A stretch of 64,000 nt of DNA. Origin: an uncultured delta proteobacterium (lineage in GTDB: Bacteria; Desulfobacterota; Syntrophia; Syntrophales; UBA2185). The DNA is taken from the NCBI GenBank assembly GCA_963695875.1, contig CAVOID010000008.1:229169-293168 (forward strand), given 5' to 3'. Shown piece by piece: positions 20,641 to 31,402 of this stretch; the first letter of the stretch is position 1, and each line of letters begins with the position of its first letter. A program made the position numbers and the translations under genes. The notes beneath the pieces were generated by a model. It saw only the letters and a program-made list of their open reading frames with translations, made no database searches and was not told the origin of the DNA.

Positions 20641-23600
20641 TCAATAATCTTTATAACTATACCGAGTAGAAGCTGCACCAAGTATTCGCTCTGCTTCTTC
20701 TTTAAGCTCATCAGTTAGTTCAAGTCTGCATTCCTTCCCGAGATAAACGATTACTTCGCTTTTACCGTTAAGAATATGGATGAACCCATCATACTTACCT
20801 TTATGATTCTTAAGCAAAATATTTAAGAGACTCGATCTCTTCAAAAGATGATTTTGAAACATCAATAAAAAAGTGCACTGTATTATAAGGTTGTTCTCCT
20901 GCATTAGCGAGGGCAGTAAGTTCAGATGCAATAACTTTAACGCCCTCTTCACCAGCATCTATTGTACCTTTAATCAGAACTGGTTCTTCGCTATGGAGAA
21001 GACCAAAAGCACTCCTATAAATATCCGCAAAGAAAATAACTGTAACAGATCCCTTAAGATCCTCAATGGTTATATAAGCCATAATATCCTTTTTCTTCGT
21101 CGTCACTTCACGAATGTTGCTGACAACACCAGCAAAAACAACTGCTTCACGATCCTTCTTATCGTTTATGCTTGAAGTGTCTACATTAACCAAAGTGCTG
21201 AGTCTATCGGCGAATCTAAAAAGAGGATGACCTGTGATATAGAATCCGAGTGTTTCCTTCTCATAAGCAAGCAATTCCTGATGATCCCATTCGGCAACAT
21301 CAGCGATAGATACTTGTTGGAAGGGATCGATATCTTCATCGTTTTCCCTTTCCAAAGAGTCAAAGAAACTGGTCTGTCCAGCTTGACTTGTCCTTATGGC
21401 GTCTCTGAGCCGAGTCAACAATACCTTCATAGTATTCAATTAACTGCCTTCTGTGATACCCTAGTGAATCGAATGCACCGCATTTAATAAGACTTTCAGT
21501 CATCCTTTTATTAATTTTCCTCAGGTCAACACGGTTACAGAAGTCATTAAAAGATTTGAATCTGCCTTCATTTTCTCTGACTGAAATAATCGAATCAATG
21601 GCGCCAATACCCACATTCTTAACTGCAGCGAGACCGAAACGAATATGTTCTCCGGCAACACTAAAGTCGCTTTGTGATTCATTAATGTCAGGAGGAAGTA
21701 CATTTATGCCCATATCTTTGCAACTATTGATATATTTGATGATCTTATCCCTATTGTCCTTTTCACTTGTCAGAAGCGCTGCCATGAATTCAACCGGGTA
21801 ATTGGCTTTCAGGTAAGCAGTCTGGTAGGATATCATGGCGTAAGCAGTACTGTGAGACTTGTTAAATCCATATTCGGCAAATGTCTCCATCTGCTCCCAG
21901 ATTTTTTTTGCTTTCTTTTCCGTTATATTATTATGCCTGGCGCCATCGAGAAATTTCGGTTTTTCCTTCTCCATTTCAGAGGGTTTTTTCTTGCTCATGA
22001 CCTTTCGCAGTATATCTGCTTCAGCCATGGTATATCCGCCAATAGCACCGGCTATTTGCATTACCTGTTCCTGATAGACGATAACACCATATGTTTCCTT
22101 TAATATTTCTTTTAACTCAGGTACTTCATATACAATCTTTGTCCTACCCTGTTTTCGTGAAATAAATTCTGGAACCATATTCATAGGACCCGGTCTGTAA
22201 AGTGCTATCAAGGCAATGATATCCTCAATGCAGTCGGGCTTCATGTTTACAAGAATATCCTTCATACCGGAACTTTCCAGCTGGAATATACCGTCCGTGT
22301 TCCCCTTCATGAGTAATTGATATGTTTTTTGATCATTAAGGGGAATTTTATCTATATCAATTTCTTCCCCCCTGCCCTCTTTTATAAACTGCAGGGTGTT
22401 TTTAATGACTGTTAGAGTTTTTAATCCCAGAAAATCAAATTTTGTCAGCCCCACCATTTGAAGATCATTCATTGAAAACTGCGTGACAATTTCATCCTTG
22501 GGGCTTTTGCACAAGGGTACGCGCTCAACGAGAGGCACATCGGAAATGACGACACCCGCTGCATGCGTTGAGGAATGACGATTTAAACCTTCAAGAGCTC
22601 GTGAAAGAGAAAGGAGCTTTCTTACTTTTTCACTTTTTTTCTCCTCTTCCTGAAGCCTTGGTTCGCTCTGGATGGCCATATCAAGAGAGATGTTAAGAAT
22701 ATTGGGAACCAGCTTTGCGATACTATCAACCTCACCATAGGATATGTTCAATGCCCTTCCTACGTCCCTGATAACTGCTTTCGCCTGCATTTTCCCGAAT
22801 GTAATAATCTGTGCGACTCTATCGCTGCCGTATTTTTCGGTTACATACCTGATAATTTCATCCCGGCCGTCCTGGCAGAAATCTATATCTATATCAGGCA
22901 TGCTTATCCGCTCCGGATTCAGGAATCTTTCAAAAAAAAGTCCATAGCGTATGGGATCGATATTAGTAATGCCTATAGCATAAGCGACAAGACTTCCGGC
23001 AGCTGAACCTCTGCCTGGTCCTACAGGAATATTTTTTTGTTTTGCGTAATTTACGAAGTCTGAAACGATTAGAAAATAGCCGGCAAATCCCATAGATTTG
23101 ATAATTTCCAATTCTTCTTCAAGGCGACTCTCATATTTATGCCGGATTCCTTCGTCCTCATTGCCCTTGATAAGAACCGGCATTAAGTTTTCCAGTCCTC
23201 GCTTAGCTAACCGCATCAAATATTCATCGAGTGTTTCATTCGTATCGATTCTAAAATTGGGAAGCGAAATATTGCCAAAATCAAAACTGAAATTGCATTT
23301 TTCCGCAATTGCAATCGTATTATCAATAGCTTCAGGAACGTCTTTAAAAATCTGCTTCATGTTATCAGGTGACCGGAAATAAAATTCATCCGTTTTGAAT
23401 TTCATCCTGTCGATATCTTCGACGGTCTTTCCGGTCTGAATACACACCAGGACATCATGTGCCTCAGCATCTTCTCGATTTATATAATGGCAGTCATTAG
23501 TTGCCACAAGGGGAATAGAAAGTTCCCGACTTATTTCAATGAGCCCTATGTTTGCAATCCTTTGCTCAGTGAGGCCGTTTTCCATGATTTCCAGATAGAA

Positions 23601-24119
23601 ATTTCCATTGCCAAATATTTCCCTGTATTCTTCCGCAACCCTCTTAGCTGCCTCCCTATTTCCTTTCAGGAGAAGATTCGATATTTCTCCATGCAGGCAT
23701 GCACTCATACCGATGATGCCTTCGCTATATTTCGCCAGGATTTCCTTGTCCACGCGTGGACGATAGTAAAATCCTTCAAGGTACCCTGATGTTACAAGTT
23801 TCATAAGATTCTTATAACCGTACATGTCCTTGACAAGAACAAGCAGATGGTGAGAACTCTCTCCTATTGTATGTGTATTCTTATCAAAGCGGCTTTTGGG
23901 AGCTACATATAGTTCACAACCGATAATAGGTTTAATGCCATATTTCTGAGCGTGCTGATAGAAGTCAATGGCCCCGAAAATATTACCATGATCAGTCATG
24001 GCTACTGCAGGCATTTGGTACTCTTTTGCTTTTTTAAATAGATTATCGAGACGAATAGTTCCGTCGAGCAGGCTGTATTGTGTATGAACATGAAGGTGGA
24101 CAAAATCGGCAGAGTTCAT
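20641..24119 (-). CDS. dnaE: DNA polymerase III alpha subunit (frameshifts near 21385 and 20820)
   Basis: FVHLHVHTQYSLLDG PHP domain, GPGRGSAAGSLVAY, MPDIDIDF, YGFNKSHS, EKETLGFYITGHP and an OB fold. Confidence 0.97.
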
Positions 24120-24283
24120 TTATTGATTACCCCGTAAAAAGTCGAATATTGATTGAATAATGGACAGCCAAGTAAAAAATGTAAGTTTCAGGCACGCGAA
24201 TCATTGATGAGTGAAGCGTATATAGACGTGTGCTGCAATGACAAAGGATGCTTTTGGACTTTTTTTTACAATGCCGCTTATAG

Positions 24284-25744
24284 TTAATCCAGCCAGTAGT
24301 TAGGAGCTTCTTTTGTGATAATAACATCGTGGACATGGCTTTCGCGAAGTCCCGCTGATGTAATGCGTACAAATTTCGTATTTTCTCTTAGTTCCTTGAT
24401 TGTTTTGCAACCGACATATCCCATGCCGACTTTAAGACCGCCTACAAGCTGGCTTATGCTTGCTGAAAGCGAACCCCTGAAAGGTACTCTTCCTTCTATC
24501 CCTTCAGGAACCATTTTTAAGCTACTTTCTATATCATCATGATAGTACCTGTCCATGCTTCCCATTTTCATTGCTTCAAGAGAACCCATTCCCCTGTATA
24601 CCTTGTAGCTTCTTCCCTGGAAGAGAATCGTTTCCCCGGGGCTCTCTTCTGTTCCTGCAAAAAGACTTCCTATCATGACGGTATGTGCACCTGCTGCAAG
24701 GGCCTTAACAACATCACCTGAATATTTAATACCTCCATCGGAGATAATTGGTATGTCGCATTTTGCTGCAACCTTGGCAGCATCTCTAATGGCGCTCATC
24801 TGCGGGACGCCAACCCCAGCGATTATCCTTGTTGTGCATATTGATCCAGGACCGACTCCTACCTTAATTGCATCCACTCCGGCATTAGTTAAAGCCTTTG
24901 CACCTTCAACTGTAGCTATATTGCCAGCGATCAACTCGCACTTTGTAAAGTTAGCCTTAGTATCTCTTATTGCATCTAAAACGCCTTTCGAATGTCCATG
25001 AGAGGTGTCTATAACAATCACGTCAACACCCGCTGCTAATAAAGCATCAATCCTCGCTTCTCTGTCAAGAATACCCACAGCTGCACCAACTCTCAGCCTG
25101 CCTAAGGAATCTTTGCATGCGCTGGGATATCTTTTTATCTTTTCTATGTCCTTGATGGTAATCATTCCTTTTAAGTTATATTCGTCATCTACGACAAGTA
25201 GTTTCTCTATCCTGTGCTTATGCAGTAGTTTCTTGGAATCTTCGAGTGTGATATTGGATGACACGGTAACAAGATTTTCTTTGGTCATCACATCGGATAC
25301 CTGTTGATCAAGATTCGTTTCAAATCTGAGGTCCCGGTTTGTCAGGATTCCCACCAGTCTCCGATTTCTAACTACTGGAACGCCTGATATCCTGTATCTG
25401 TTCATAAGATCAAGGGCTTCATGAACCTTCTGTTCAGGTTCGATGGTTATCGGATCCACGATCATACCGCTCTCCGATTTTTTTACTTTATCAACCTCGA
25501 CTGCTTGTTTTTCAATACTCATGTTGCGATGGATAATCCCTATACCACCTTCCTGAGCAAGGCATATAGCAGTACGAGATTCTGTAACTGTATCCATTGC
25601 CGCACTTATAATTGGAATATTTAAGATGATGTTATTTGTCAAGAGCGTCGACGTCTCAACATCTTTGGGAAGAATATTCGATTCGCACGGTACAAGAAGA
25701 AGGTCGTCAAATGTCAATGTCTCTTTTACATGGTCGTCGAGCAT
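24284..25744 (-). CDS. guaB: IMP dehydrogenase
   Basis: [20 protein letters not shown] pair, [17 protein letters not shown] and ESHVHDV; GGAGG RBS. Confidence 0.98.
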   Translation of the reverse strand: MLDDHVKETLTFDDLLLVPCESNILPKDVETSTLLTNNIILNIPIISAAMDTVTESRTAICLAQEGGIGIIHRNMSIEKQAVEVDKVKKSESGMIVDPITIEPEQKVHEALDLMNRYRISGVPVVRNRRLVGILTNRDLRFETNLDQQVSDVMTKENLVTVSSNITLEDSKKLLHKHRIEKLLVVDDEYNLKGMITIKDIEKIKRYPSACKDSLGRLRVGAAVGILDREARIDALLAAGVDVIVIDTSHGHSKGVLDAIRDTKANFTKCELIAGNIATVEGAKALTNAGVDAIKVGVGPGSICTTRIIAGVGVPQMSAIRDAAKVAAKCDIPIISDGGIKYSGDVVKALAAGAHTVMIGSLFAGTEESPGETILFQGRSYKVYRGMGSLEAMKMGSMDRYYHDDIESSLKMVPEGIEGRVPFRGSLSASISQLVGGLKVGMGYVGCKTIKELRENTKFVRITSAGLRESHVHDVIITKEAPNYWLD

Positions 25745-25772
25745 AGTGCGCCTCCGTTTCTTTTACTTTTTT

Positions 25773-26243
25773 TTATTTGACACCCCTTATATAAAAGGAC
25801 TTTTCGTTCAGTAAAACTAAGTATTCATCGTTCTCAGCATCATATTCTATGAATTTCGCGATTTGATAATAGCCTGCCCTTGAAAATCGCGCAATAAACT
25901 CTTTATCCCTAATAGAACAATAAAGTACGTTGTCTTTTCCGACATATAAAGTGTTGGGATCAAGCTTCTCAAGACTTTGATCAGACAAAAGAAGATAAAT
26001 ACATTCTTCATTTGACGATATTGAATCAAATCTATATACTGCTTTTATTACAAATGGCGTATCCTCTACCTCAAGATAGCAACAATCGTCCTGCAATTCA
26101 ATTATATATCTTCCAAATTCATCCTTTTTCAGATTTTGATAAAAATAACAGATGATATCTTTTCTGATAATCTCTTTGCCCCTGTAATACCAGGCACCTT
26201 CTTTGTCTATCGCAATCTGACAGGGAGGGATATCGTTCTTCAT
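25773..26243 (-). CDS. DUF1285-like protein
   Basis: IDKEGAWYYRG, VEDTPFVI and ARFSRAGYYQ motifs. Confidence 0.7.
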   Translation of the reverse strand: MKNDIPPCQIAIDKEGAWYYRGKEIIRKDIICYFYQNLKKDEFGRYIIELQDDCCYLEVEDTPFVIKAVYRFDSISSNEECIYLLLSDQSLEKLDPNTLYVGKDNVLYCSIRDKEFIARFSRAGYYQIAKFIEYDAENDEYLVLLNEKSFYIRGVK

Positions 26244-26248
26244 TATCT

Positions 26249-26698
26249 TTAAAAAATCTTTCTGCTATCAAGCAACATGGTTACGGGGCCATCATTCACA
26301 GATTCTATATTCATCATAGCCTGGAATTCACCTGCTCCAACATGATTGATTTTCTCCTTCGCTCTGTTTATGAAATATTCGTAAAGTTTCTTCGCTTCTT
26401 CCGGTTGTTCAGCGGAAATAAAAGAAGGTCTTCGTCCCTTTCGACAATCACCAAGAAGGGTGAACTGGGAAACAACAAGCATCTCCCCAGATATATCAAG
26501 GATAGATAGGTTCATTTTTCCCTCGGCATCTTTAAATATTCTTAAATTGATTATTTTTTCAGTGAGGTAGTCTGCATCATTATGACTATCCGCTTTTTCT
26601 ATACCGAGAAAGACAAGAACACCCTTTCCGATACTGGATATTATTCTGCTTCCAACACTTACCATTGCCCTGTCAACCCTTTGAACGACAGACCTCAT
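26249..26698 (-). CDS. dtd: D-aminoacyl-tRNA deacylase
   Basis: MRSVVQRV, SQFTL, KGRRPSF and NDGPVT motifs. Confidence 0.96.
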   Translation of the reverse strand: MRSVVQRVDRAMVSVGSRIISSIGKGVLVFLGIEKADSHNDADYLTEKIINLRIFKDAEGKMNLSILDISGEMLVVSQFTLLGDCRKGRRPSFISAEQPEEAKKLYEYFINRAKEKINHVGAGEFQAMMNIESVNDGPVTMLLDSRKIF

Positions 26699-26728
26699 AT
26701 TGATCCTGTCCCCGCTCTTTTCGGCGGC

Positions 26729-26757
26729 ATGTTAGCAATAATCAAATAATGCTTCAA
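26729..26757 (-). promoter_or_regulatory. Sigma70-like promoter for dtd-DUF1285-guaB(-dnaE)
   Basis: Minus strand TTGAAG-N17-TAACAT with TGn extended -10, about 30 nt upstream of the dtd ATG. Confidence 0.55.
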
Positions 26758-26772
26758 GTCTTTTCTCAGATA
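26758..26772. repeat. 15-bp target-site duplication, left copy
   Basis: GTCTTTTCTCAGATA, identical to 29431-29445. Confidence 0.9.
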
Positions 26773-28095
26773 CGAATTGCCTCAAATTAAATGTTACCCA
26801 AGAGGTGTTTAAAAAAGGATCGTTGACTCATAAATAGGTGTTACCGAACACCGACTCCAAAAAGGAGGATAATCTATGAGTCCACGATCGAAAAAAGAGT
26901 ACACTAAGGCAATCCATTTACGCTATAAAAATGCTTCCCGCTATGAAAAAACAATTATCCTGAACGAGTTCTGCACAACGTGCGGATACCATAGAAAACA
27001 TGCCATACGCCTTCTCAGGAGATTTAAACGCTTCACGAAGCCAAGACCGAAGAAACGAGGGAAGCCTCCCGTTTATCAAAATGAGGAGATTCTGAAGCCC
27101 TTAAAACAGATATGGCTGGCAGCAAATCTCCCCTGTTCAAAGCGTCTAAAAGCCATTTTACCTATCTGGTTGCCAGGATATATTCAACTCTACGGTGAAC
27201 TCCTTCCACCGATCACAGAAGCTCTGGTAAAAATCTCACCAGCTACCATAGATAGACTTCTTAAACCCACCCGCATCCACTATAAAAAACGCGGCAGATC
27301 TACAACAAAACCGGGAACTCTCTTAAGGAAACAAATACCTATACAAACAAACCAATGGGATGAATCAAAACCGGGATTCCTTGAAGCCGATACCGTAGCC
27401 CATTGTGGAGAGTCATTGCTGGGAATGTACGCATATACCATAGACTGCGTGGACATTGCCACGGGATGGACGGAACAAAGAGCTGTGTGGGGTAAAGGAG
27501 AAACAGGCGTCCTCAAACAAATCAAAAACATAGAAAAAATGCTCCCCTTTCCACTCCTTGGCTTCGATTGCGATAACGGATCAGAGTTCTTAAATTATCA
27601 CCTCGTGAGACATTTTACCCGACGAAAACACCCCGTAAAATTTACCCGCAGCAGACCGTACCACAAAGATGATAACGCACATGTAGAACAGAAAAACTGG
27701 ACGCACGTACGCCAATGGCTCGGTTACCAGAGATTAGATAATCCCAGGGTCATCGCCCTTCTTAATAACCTCTACCGCAATGAATGGAGACTCTTCCACA
27801 ACTTCTTCTGCCCGTCCGTGAAACTCATTGCCAAAGAACGCATCGGTTCTAAAACCACCAAACAACATGACTCGCCGAAAACCCCTTGTCAGAGAGTCAT
27901 GGAATCTCCCCATATATCTGAATCAGTAAAACTCTCGCTCTCCAAACAGCTTGAAAACCGTAACCCATTTCTGCTAAGAAATGCTATGGAAACAAAACTT
28001 AAAAAAATCTTCTCCCGCTGAGTAACATGTTTTATGAGTCAACGATCCTTACTTACTTCTATCCTTCGGTAACATTTATTTATGAGTCAACAGGC
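26773..28095 (+). mobile_element. Insertion sequence A (rve/DDE integrase-core transposase, family not assigned) with doubled sub-terminal inverted repeats
   Basis: Two repeat units at each end; perfect 20-bp IR AAGGATCGTTGACTCATAAA (26815-26834 vs 28031-28050); ATA on both flanks. Ends uncertain by about 1 bp. Confidence 0.85.
26876..28021 (+). CDS. DDE-type integrase-core transposase (intact)
   Basis: N-terminal HTH (CGYHRKHAIRLL), ISPATIDRLL, FLEADTVAHCG, FDCDNGSEF, DNAHVEQKN; AAGGAGG RBS. Confidence 0.92.
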   Translation: MSPRSKKEYTKAIHLRYKNASRYEKTIILNEFCTTCGYHRKHAIRLLRRFKRFTKPRPKKRGKPPVYQNEEILKPLKQIWLAANLPCSKRLKAILPIWLPGYIQLYGELLPPITEALVKISPATIDRLLKPTRIHYKKRGRSTTKPGTLLRKQIPIQTNQWDESKPGFLEADTVAHCGESLLGMYAYTIDCVDIATGWTEQRAVWGKGETGVLKQIKNIEKMLPFPLLGFDCDNGSEFLNYHLVRHFTRRKHPVKFTRSRPYHKDDNAHVEQKNWTHVRQWLGYQRLDNPRVIALLNNLYRNEWRLFHNFFCPSVKLIAKERIGSKTTKQHDSPKTPCQRVMESPHISESVKLSLSKQLENRNPFLLRNAMETKLKKIFSR

Positions 28096-28098
28096 ATA

Positions 28099-29430
28099 TG
28101 TTAGAAGCAAATAAACTGTCCGGAGTTGTAGCACATAATCTGTCCGGTTTAAGAGTCATCCTGGAGGTGACAGATGAGACGGACAGAGTTGATGCAGGAG
28201 ATCCGGAAGATGCGATTTGAGGAGTCATATGAGGGATGGACAGAGAGTCGATTGACCCAGGAAGAAGCAGCCAGGCTATTGGGAGTATGTTCCAGGACGT
28301 TTCGGCGCTACATTAATCGTTACGAGGAGAATGGATTGGAAGGACTGTTGGATAAGCGTCTGACGCAGATATCTTCCCGTCGTGCTTCCGTGGATGAAGT
28401 TATAGCGCTTGTTGACAGATACAAGAGGCGGCACCTGGGTTGGAACGTAAAGCATTTTTATGGGTGGTATAAACACGATGGTGGTCAAAGGAGTTACACG
28501 TGGGTAAAGAGCACCCTCCAGTCGCAAGGATTGGTTCCCAAGGCGCCTAAGCGGGGAGCGCATCGTAAACGACGGGAACGATCTCCTATACCAGGCATGA
28601 TGTTACATCAGGATGGAAGCACTCATGAATGGGTGCCAGGGAAGAAGTGGGACCTGATTGTAACCATGGACGATGCAACTAATGAGCATTATTCGATGTT
28701 TTTTGTCCACGAGGAAGGAACGGAGAGCAGTTTTCGAGGGGTGAAGGAGATAATTCTTAAGGATGGTTTATTCAGACTCTCTTTATACCGACCGCGGGAG
28801 TCATTACTGGTATACGCCTGATGAGGGAGGTAAGGTAAGTAAAACCCAACTGACGCAATTTGGACGTGCCATGAGGCATTTGGGGATAGAGATGATCCCC
28901 GCCTATTCTCCGGAGGCACGGGGGAGGATTGAAAGGGCTTTTCGCACACATCAGGACCGGCTCACCAAGGAACTGGCCGCTTATGGAATCACCATGCTGG
29001 ATGCCGCCAACCGTTATCTGCTTAAGACTTATCTGCCGACATTCAATGCCGAGTTCATGCAGCCAGCCGCAGAGGAAGGATCAGCCTTCGTCACATGGAT
29101 AGGAAAAGACATCGATGACGTCCTATGCGAACAATACGAGCGTACCGTGTCCTCGGATAACTGTGTCAGCTTTGAGGGAAAGACTTTGCAGATCCCCCCT
29201 GACAAGTACCGTTGTCATTATGTACGTGTCAAGGTAAGGGTCCATCGCTATATGGATGGATCACTCGCTGTTTTTCATGGCCCTCGCAAATTGGCCGCTT
29301 ACGATCAACGCGGGAAGTTTAAAGAAACAAAAAAAGGAAAGGCAGCGTAAGTCCACCGCCCTTCCCATAGTATCACAAAAGTGGACAATTCATTTGCTAC
29401 AAAATAGGACAATTCTATTTGTTGACAACA
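28099..29430 (+). mobile_element. Insertion sequence B, IS1202 family (long-DR type)
   Basis: TGTT...AACA ends; repeated TTGTAGCA-N7-TGTCC units at both ends; 15-bp direct repeat. Confidence 0.85.
28174..29350 (+). CDS. IS1202-family transposase (one extra base near 28775)
   Basis: HTH (LTQEEAARLLGVCSRTFRR), LHQDGSTHEW, MDDAT, LYTDRGS and AYSPEARGRIERAFRTHQDRL. Confidence 0.9.
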
Positions 29431-29445
29431 GTCTTTTCTCAGATA
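29431..29445. repeat. 15-bp target-site duplication, right copy
   Basis: GTCTTTTCTCAGATA immediately follows the ACA end of IS B. Confidence 0.9.
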
Positions 29446-29596
29446 GGTAGGATAGCAGTCATGATTACTATTGGATAGATATACATGAAGAACTACAATA
29501 TAACAGACTTTATAAAAACCAAGGCATGGCAAAGTATTAACTTCAAGCAGGCATAGTTGTAAGTTCATAATAGAATATGATATATATATTTTTTAT

Positions 29597-30943
29597 ATGA
29601 AAAAAAACATCCTTCTTATTAATCCGTGGATATACGATTTTGCGGCTTATGATTTATGGATTAAACCACTTGGACTTCTCTATATTGCTGGCCTGCTCCG
29701 TAAGAATAATTTTAATATCCGATTCATTGATTGCTTGAATCCATATCATCCTTTGTCAAAAAAAGTAACAAACAACAAATTGCCGAAGAGAAAGGATTCA
29801 GGTCACGGCAAGTTTCGCAAAGAAAATATTTCCAAACCATATCCCTTAAGGCACATAAAAAGAAGATATAATAGATACGGCATAACGCCTGATATTTTCG
29901 TCGACGAACTAAATTTATCAGAAAGACCGGATTTAATTCTTGTCACTTCCATGATGAGTTATTGGTACCCGGGTGTATTTGATGCAATAAAGATCGCAAA
30001 ACAAACATATCCAGGCATTCCTGTAGTTTTAGGAGGAATATACGCAACTATATGTCCTGAGCATGCATTAAAATCGGGAGCAGACTATACTATACCCGGT
30101 GAAGGTGAAAAGCATATTCCCGCTTTGTTAAAAGAAATATTTGGCGTTGAGACTAGTTTTACACCTGATCCTCAAAATCTGGATTCCTTGCCCTACCCTG
30201 CCTTCGACCTCTTGCCCATGATAGATCAAGTATCTATGCTGACATCGAGGGGATGCCCTTTTAAGTGCACATATTGTGCTTCTCATATATTATATGAGCA
30301 TTTCAGACAGAGAGATCCTATAAAAGTGGTTGATGAGATCAGCTTCTGGAATAAGAATTTCGGTGTTACTCACTTTTCTTTTTATGACGATGCCCTTTTG
30401 GTCAACCCCGACGCGATGGCGATACCAATGCTAAAGGAAATAATCAAGAGACGATTACCATGTAGATTTCATTGTCCAAATGGTCTTCACCTTAATGAAA
30501 TTACACAAACATTGAGCAAGTTACTATACAAGGCAGGATTTAGAACCATTCGTTTCGGTTTTGAGTCATCAAATATGATGACTCAAAAAAACACCGGAGG
30601 AAAAGTTAACAACGAACAATTGAAAATTGCTGTCACTTATTTGAAGAAGGCAGGTTATACGTCAGAGGAACTTGGTATATACTTGCTGTGTGGATTGCCC
30701 GGGCAGGAGGCTTCTGAAGTTAAGGACAGCATTCGTTTTGTACAATCATGTGAGGCAAGACCAATTATTTCGGAATATTCCCCTATACCGAGTACGGCAT
30801 TGTGGAAATCATCAGTGAATGTTTCACCGTTCGACCTTGAAGAAGAACCTCTGTTTCACAATAACTCACTACTTCCTTGCCAGAGTGACAAACTAACATT
30901 TCAAATGTACCAAGAGTTAAAACTGATGACAAGAATAGACTGA
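29597..30943 (+). CDS. Cobalamin-binding-domain radical SAM protein
   Basis: PLGLLYIA, VVLGGIYAT, TSRGCPFKCTYC (CxxxCxxC) and FYDDAL. Confidence 0.9.
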   Translation: MKKNILLINPWIYDFAAYDLWIKPLGLLYIAGLLRKNNFNIRFIDCLNPYHPLSKKVTNNKLPKRKDSGHGKFRKENISKPYPLRHIKRRYNRYGITPDIFVDELNLSERPDLILVTSMMSYWYPGVFDAIKIAKQTYPGIPVVLGGIYATICPEHALKSGADYTIPGEGEKHIPALLKEIFGVETSFTPDPQNLDSLPYPAFDLLPMIDQVSMLTSRGCPFKCTYCASHILYEHFRQRDPIKVVDEISFWNKNFGVTHFSFYDDALLVNPDAMAIPMLKEIIKRRLPCRFHCPNGLHLNEITQTLSKLLYKAGFRTIRFGFESSNMMTQKNTGGKVNNEQLKIAVTYLKKAGYTSEELGIYLLCGLPGQEASEVKDSIRFVQSCEARPIISEYSPIPSTALWKSSVNVSPFDLEEEPLFHNNSLLPCQSDKLTFQMYQELKLMTRID

Positions 30944-31162
30944 CCGGGATCAAATCCTGCAAGCCCCGCCTGTAGGCAGGCACTTTCATATTTGACATTG
31001 TTTCACTCCTGAAATCATGATAATCGTAAGCCATCGATAACGGATGGGCGACTAGAGGTATTGCCTGTTTCTGCAACTCAGTTGTTTCATGTTTTGGTAA
31101 CTCTATTATCTGATAACAAAATTTGATTTGACTGCAAATATATTATGAAAGAAAAATGATTT

Positions 31163-31402
31163 ATGCATTCATGGCTTTGGTGGTTGAAGAATATCTTTAT
31201 TGCTCTCTTTTCGTTGCTTTTTTTGTTGTTTGGTATTAATGCACTTATGGCGGCATATAGTGTGAATAATCCTTATGAATTCATCATGTATTTCTTTTCA
31301 TCAAGCCTAATAATTCTGATCAGTATTGTAGGAATGATTTATCCTGCCTTTCGTATACGAGCAGCAATAAAACTCCATAAGATGGCTGAAAATGGTAAAT
31401 AA
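31163..31402 (+). CDS. Small hypothetical membrane protein (2 TM)
   Basis: 79 aa with two hydrophobic helices; overlaps the start of the next gene. Confidence 0.6.
   Translation: MHSWLWWLKNIFIALFSLLFLLFGINALMAAYSVNNPYEFIMYFFSSSLIILISIVGMIYPAFRIRAAIKLHKMAENGK

Noticed and set aside
20641..24119. Split dnaE as an intein-split or recoded gene
   Set aside because: No intein sequence; the breaks are single-base indels like those in many neighbouring genes.
24127..24372. 81-aa ORF overlapping the guaB end
   Set aside because: Out-of-frame overlap with no motif; probably spurious.
26777..28091. Repeated ~25-bp units as a CRISPR array
   Set aside because: Only two copies per side, inverted around a transposase: these are IS ends. 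No cas genes are present.
28099..29445. IS B as a dif/Xer-site-targeting IS1202 element
   Set aside because: It lies 8 kb from the dif-like site, its flanks are not Xer-like, and its 15-bp DR is longer than the short DRs of the Xer-targeting subgroup.
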